From assembly GCF_009914755.1 (NCBI RefSeq), contig NC_060940.1: DNA of 64,000 bases, one strand, 5' to 3'. Both the position numbers and the translations under genes were made by a program. Numbering within the stretch: position 1 is the stretch's first letter; every line of letters begins with the position of its first letter. This DNA is from the human T2T-CHM13v2.0 reference genome, Homo sapiens. The notes beneath the pieces were generated by a model. It was not told the origin of the DNA and ran no database searches. It saw nothing but the letters and a program-made list of their open reading frames with translations. Below, piece by piece: positions 59,301-64,000 of this stretch.

Positions 59301-62300
59301 ATTTCTGAGAGGATTTATTGAGATATAATTTACGTAGTGTAGAGTGCACACATTAATGTCTACAAGTCAGTGGCTTTTAGTATATGCACAGATAAGTGGA
59401 ACCATCATCACAATGAATTTTAGAGTATTTTCATCACTTCAAAAAGAAACCCCACCTTCTCTAGCTGTTAACCTCCTATGCAACCGTCCCCTACTCAATC
59501 CTAAGCAACCACAAATCTGTTTTCTGTCTCTGTAGATTTTCCTATTCTGTTTTCATCTAAATGGAATCATACAATAGGTGGCCTTTTCTTCCTGGCTTCT
59601 TTCAGTTTGCATAATGCTATCAAGGTTCATGTACGTATTGGTACTTTATTTCTTTTTATAGCTGTATAACATTCAATTTCATGGATGAAACATTTTGTTT
59701 ATCCAATAATATTTTTATTGACATTTGAATTGTGTTCAGCCTTTGGCTATTTTAAATACTGTTGCTAAAAATACTTGTGTACAATTTGTGTTTGAACACC
59801 TCTTTCCAATAATCTGGGTGTATACCTAGGAATACATTTCTGGGTCATATGACAATTCTATGTTTAATATATTTAGAAGCTATCAAATTATTTTCCAAAG
59901 TGGCCAGTTCTAGCCATATAGCATCTAACTGTGATTTTGATTTGTAATTGCCTGATGAGTGATGCTATTGAGTATCTTTTTATGGGATTATTGACCGTTC
60001 GTGTATCTTCTTGGGAAACACATCTATTCCTATCATTTATCAGTTTTGAGTTGGGATATTTGTTACTGAGTTAAAACAATTTTTCTATATTCAAGATACA
60101 TATATATACAGACATATAGATACGTGTTTTTCAAATATCTTCTCACAATTTTTGAGCTGCCTTTTGACTTGCTTGGTTGTCCTTTGAAACACCAATGTCT
60201 TTAATTTTTAAGAAATTTTTATTATCTAATTTTTATTTTGTTGCTCATGTTTTTGGGGTTACAGCTATTTCTTTGGTAGATCCAAAATCCTGAAGATTTT
60301 CCCATATGCTTTATTCCAGCACTTGCATGTGTGTCTTTAATTCATTTGAGTTAATATTTTTGTATGCTTTGGGATAAGTGTTCGAATTTATTATTTTGAA
60401 AGTGTGGATCCACGTGTACGTTGTTGACCCAGTTTGTTCAAAGACCGTCTCTTCCTCATTGAATTGCACATGGCAACACTGTAAGAATCCATTGACTAGA
60501 CACATAGTTTTATATATGGACTCTCAATTCTATTCCATCAATCTATATATTTTTCCTTCATCAGTATTGTGTTGTCTTGATTACTGATACTTTGCAGTAA
60601 GTTTTGGAGCATGGGGGTGTGAATTATCCTACTATGTTTTCTTTTTTCAAGATTATTTTGGGTATTTTGTGTCCCTTACAATTCCATGTGTACTTTAGAA
60701 TCAGCTTGTCAGTTTCTAGACAGAAGTCTGTTGGGATACTTGCAGAGATTTCATCAAATCTGTAGTTCAAATTGTAAAGTACTACAATATTAAATCTTCC
60801 AATTCATAGCTAAGATGTTTGCTAATTATTTAGATATTCTTTAAACAATAATTTTTAATTTTCAGAGTAAACTCTTGTATCCCATTTTCCAAATTAATTA
60901 TTATTTCTTTTTTTGATGCTATTTTAAATTGAAGTGTTTTCTTAATTTCATTTTGGGGTTTTCATTGTAGATGTGTGCAATTGATTTTTGTACATTTATC
61001 TTGTATGCTGTAATATTGCTGAAATAATTTACTAGTTCTATCGTTCAGTGGATTCCTTAAAATTTTCTATATACAAGAATGTTATTTTCAAATAAAGTTT
61101 TATTTCTTCCTGTTCAATATGGATGACTCTTATTTTTTTAGTTGCCGATTTGCCCTGCATAAAATCTTTAGTACAGTGTTGACCAGAAGAGGTCAAACTA
61201 CATATCCTATTCTTATCTCTGACCATAGCGGGAAAGCATCCTTTACCATTAAGTTGCATGCTTGCTGTTGGCTTTTCACAGGTGCCATGTATCTGGTGTA
61301 GAAAGTTCTCTATTCCTGGTTCATTGAGTTTTTATTTTTATTTTTAATCATTAAAGCATTTGGATTTTGTTAAATGTCTTTTCCGAATCTATTGAGATGA
61401 TCATGCAATTCTCGTTTCTTATTCTATGGATAAGATGTATTACCTTAATGGATTTTGGGCTGTTAAACCACCCTGGGATTACTTGTATAAATTTCACTTT
61501 GTCATAGTGTATAATTCTTTTATATGTTGCTAGATTTGATTTGTTAGTATTTTTTAAGGAATTTTGCATTTATACTTACAGTAGTTTTATTTTTCTATGC
61601 TATTTGGACTAATTTTTGTATCAAGGTAACACTGGCCGCACAGAATAAACTGGGAAGTGACTATTTCTCTCTTTTAAAAAGCTAGTCAAGAATTAATATC
61701 AATTATTCAACACTAAGAAATATTATTATTATGAATTATTAATTTCTCTAATTTTTATTTTCTTCCTTCTGCTTGCTTTAGGTTTAGTTTGCTATTCTCT
61801 CCAGTGTTTTAACTTGGAAGGTCATCTTATCTCATCCTTTCATTTGTCTTTTCATTTTCTAAATAGTGTCTTTTTAGCATCAGGTGAGCTCCCAAGGTTG
61901 GTAGTACTCCATGTTTATTGCTGTACAACAATGACAGGTAATATGACCTGAAGACAATGGAAACTTAACATTCAAAATCTCCTAGATTCCACCTTATATG
62001 ATATGTCTCTTCAACTTGGTCCTAATTTCTACCCTTTCTCTATTATAAACTGTGAGTACAATGGCATTCAATGAGTTCTGTGAGTGTTTCTAGTAAATTC
62101 TTGAAACTGAGGGTGTTCAGGGGAAACCCCTGAACTGGCAGTTGGTGTCAGAAGTGAGAATCGTCTTATATGGCCTCTTCCTTTGAACTTTGCAGCTGGA
62201 TGCCAACTCTGCACAATTTGGGCCAGAAGTCTCATGTTGACTTTGCAGCCTAAAGCATCTTGTAGTTTGTCTAACCCTCAATAAATTGCTTTCATCAAAT

Positions 62301-64000
62301 ATTGTATTTGTTACCCCAAAATTACCATCACGTTTTTTTTCTCCAAATAACTAACATTGGGAGAAATAGCCAGCTGAGTCTGTAACTCAACAGAAACTAG
62401 TGATCCATATACCATATACCATATAAGTGGCCATTTCATTTTGCCTTCTGCCACCAAATCTTAGCAACCTCAACCATTGCCATGAGCCACTGTAGGCCTA
62501 CCAGCTACAAACAAACAAGTATCTTTTAAAAACACTTCATACTCCCATTTGATACATTTCCCAGCAAAGAGATGCTTACTTTAACTCTATGCAACTGGCT
62601 CATATTCACGAAGTCTGTAGATATTATTCATGTAGTGTGAGAAAATCATCCCAGCGATGCCAGCACATTCTCCTTCCCATGATCTGCTTAGTTACCAAAC
62701 ATATTCATGCCATGGGTGAGAGATTTGTATTTCACAGTACAACAATTTTATGGAGGGCATTGAAATTTACCTTGAGCATTTTCGTACAGTCACACATCAC
62801 TGAATGATAGGGATACGTTCTAACAGATGTATCCATAGGCAATTTCATCATTTTGCAAACATCACAGAGACTATTACAAACACCTAGATTATACAGCCTA
62901 CCACGTCTAGGTTATATGGTATAGCCTCTCTCTCCCAGGCTACAAACCAGTGTACTACATTACTCTACTGAATACTGCAGGCAATAAGAACACAGTGGTA
63001 AGAGGTTATGTATCTAAACATACTTAAACGTAGAAAAGTATGTAAAAATATGTATTATAATCTCATGGGACCACTTTTGTATATGTAATCCATCTTTGAC
63101 TGAAATGTTATTATGCATGACATGACTCTATGACAAAAATAAAATAACACATTGTAAAAAATGTACACAGGTATCAAACATATTAATATTGTAAAAATAA
63201 AAATATTTATTCAGTGTAAGAATTTGTAATGATCACAAAATGTTCACAGTTTATATTTTAGTACAGTTTCAAATGCCTAGTGCAATTACTATTTGTTTCT
63301 GTGTATATTTTAAACATGTATATAATAAATATTTTTCAGGTTCAACAATATATATCAATCCAAATGGCTCTTATAAATATTAGTTAAAATCAATTAGTAA
63401 ATTCATATATATATATATACACACTTGTATCAGTCTGTATGCATGTATGTGTGTGTAAATGTAACTGTATGTGTGTGTAAATGTAACTGGATGCATCCTA
63501 ATATTTACCCTTACCTATAAGATTCCCAAGATTCATTTATTATCTTTAGATGATGTGCATTTAAAGATTTACCAAATAAAACTGTAATCGTGGAAAATAT
63601 CAAAATGTTATTATATTCATCTTGTGCACATAATTGTTTCTTTAAATTTATGTTTCTTGCAAAACTTGCGGTAATGCTCATGCACAAAATAATTTTCTAA
63701 ATAAAAATAAAAACATTTTCTCAGTCATTAATTCTTAATAATTATTTCTCCCCAATAATTAATGTAAATTTATTCTTAATTATTAATTATAGAATAATGT
63801 TGCTCTTCAGAGTTCTGAATCTTTTGCATGTTGTATACATTTCACTAACTAGAACTACTTCTGGAATATTTGCATTAATTAATGTCACTCAGCAATTAAT
63901 GATTTCAAAGAAATTAAATACCATTCATATTCTGATTCACAAGGGTACTTTGGCATCTAATTTAATCAAGCTCTTCGTATCATCATCTACACTTTAATTA

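Overview
Hominid (most likely human) pericentromeric DNA with no supportable protein-coding gene. A ~13.6 kb diverged HSATII/HSat2 block (15512-29100) sits in a mosaic of segmental duplications. These are a ~14-15 kb direct duplicon (1-14898 vs 49849-64000), a ~2.2 kb direct duplicon (31356-33561 vs 42481-45872) and a ~335 bp inverted copy (7917-8251 and 57020-57356 vs 41812-42148). A 2.2 kb GC-rich GCAAAAAGC repeat (33565-35790) lies exactly on a duplicon boundary. Paralogous empty sites inside the window let three different insertion outcomes be read directly: (i) a canonical AluYa5 insertion with TSD, (ii) an L1PA2-like 3' end replacing ~1.4 kb of target without TSD, and (iii) an internal L1 ORF2 fragment captured with microhomologies and no polyA or TSD. 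The satellite contains 463 bp and 715 bp tandem duplications. Almost all listed ORFs are repeat artefacts. Subfamily names for old elements and all identity estimates are by eye, not computed.
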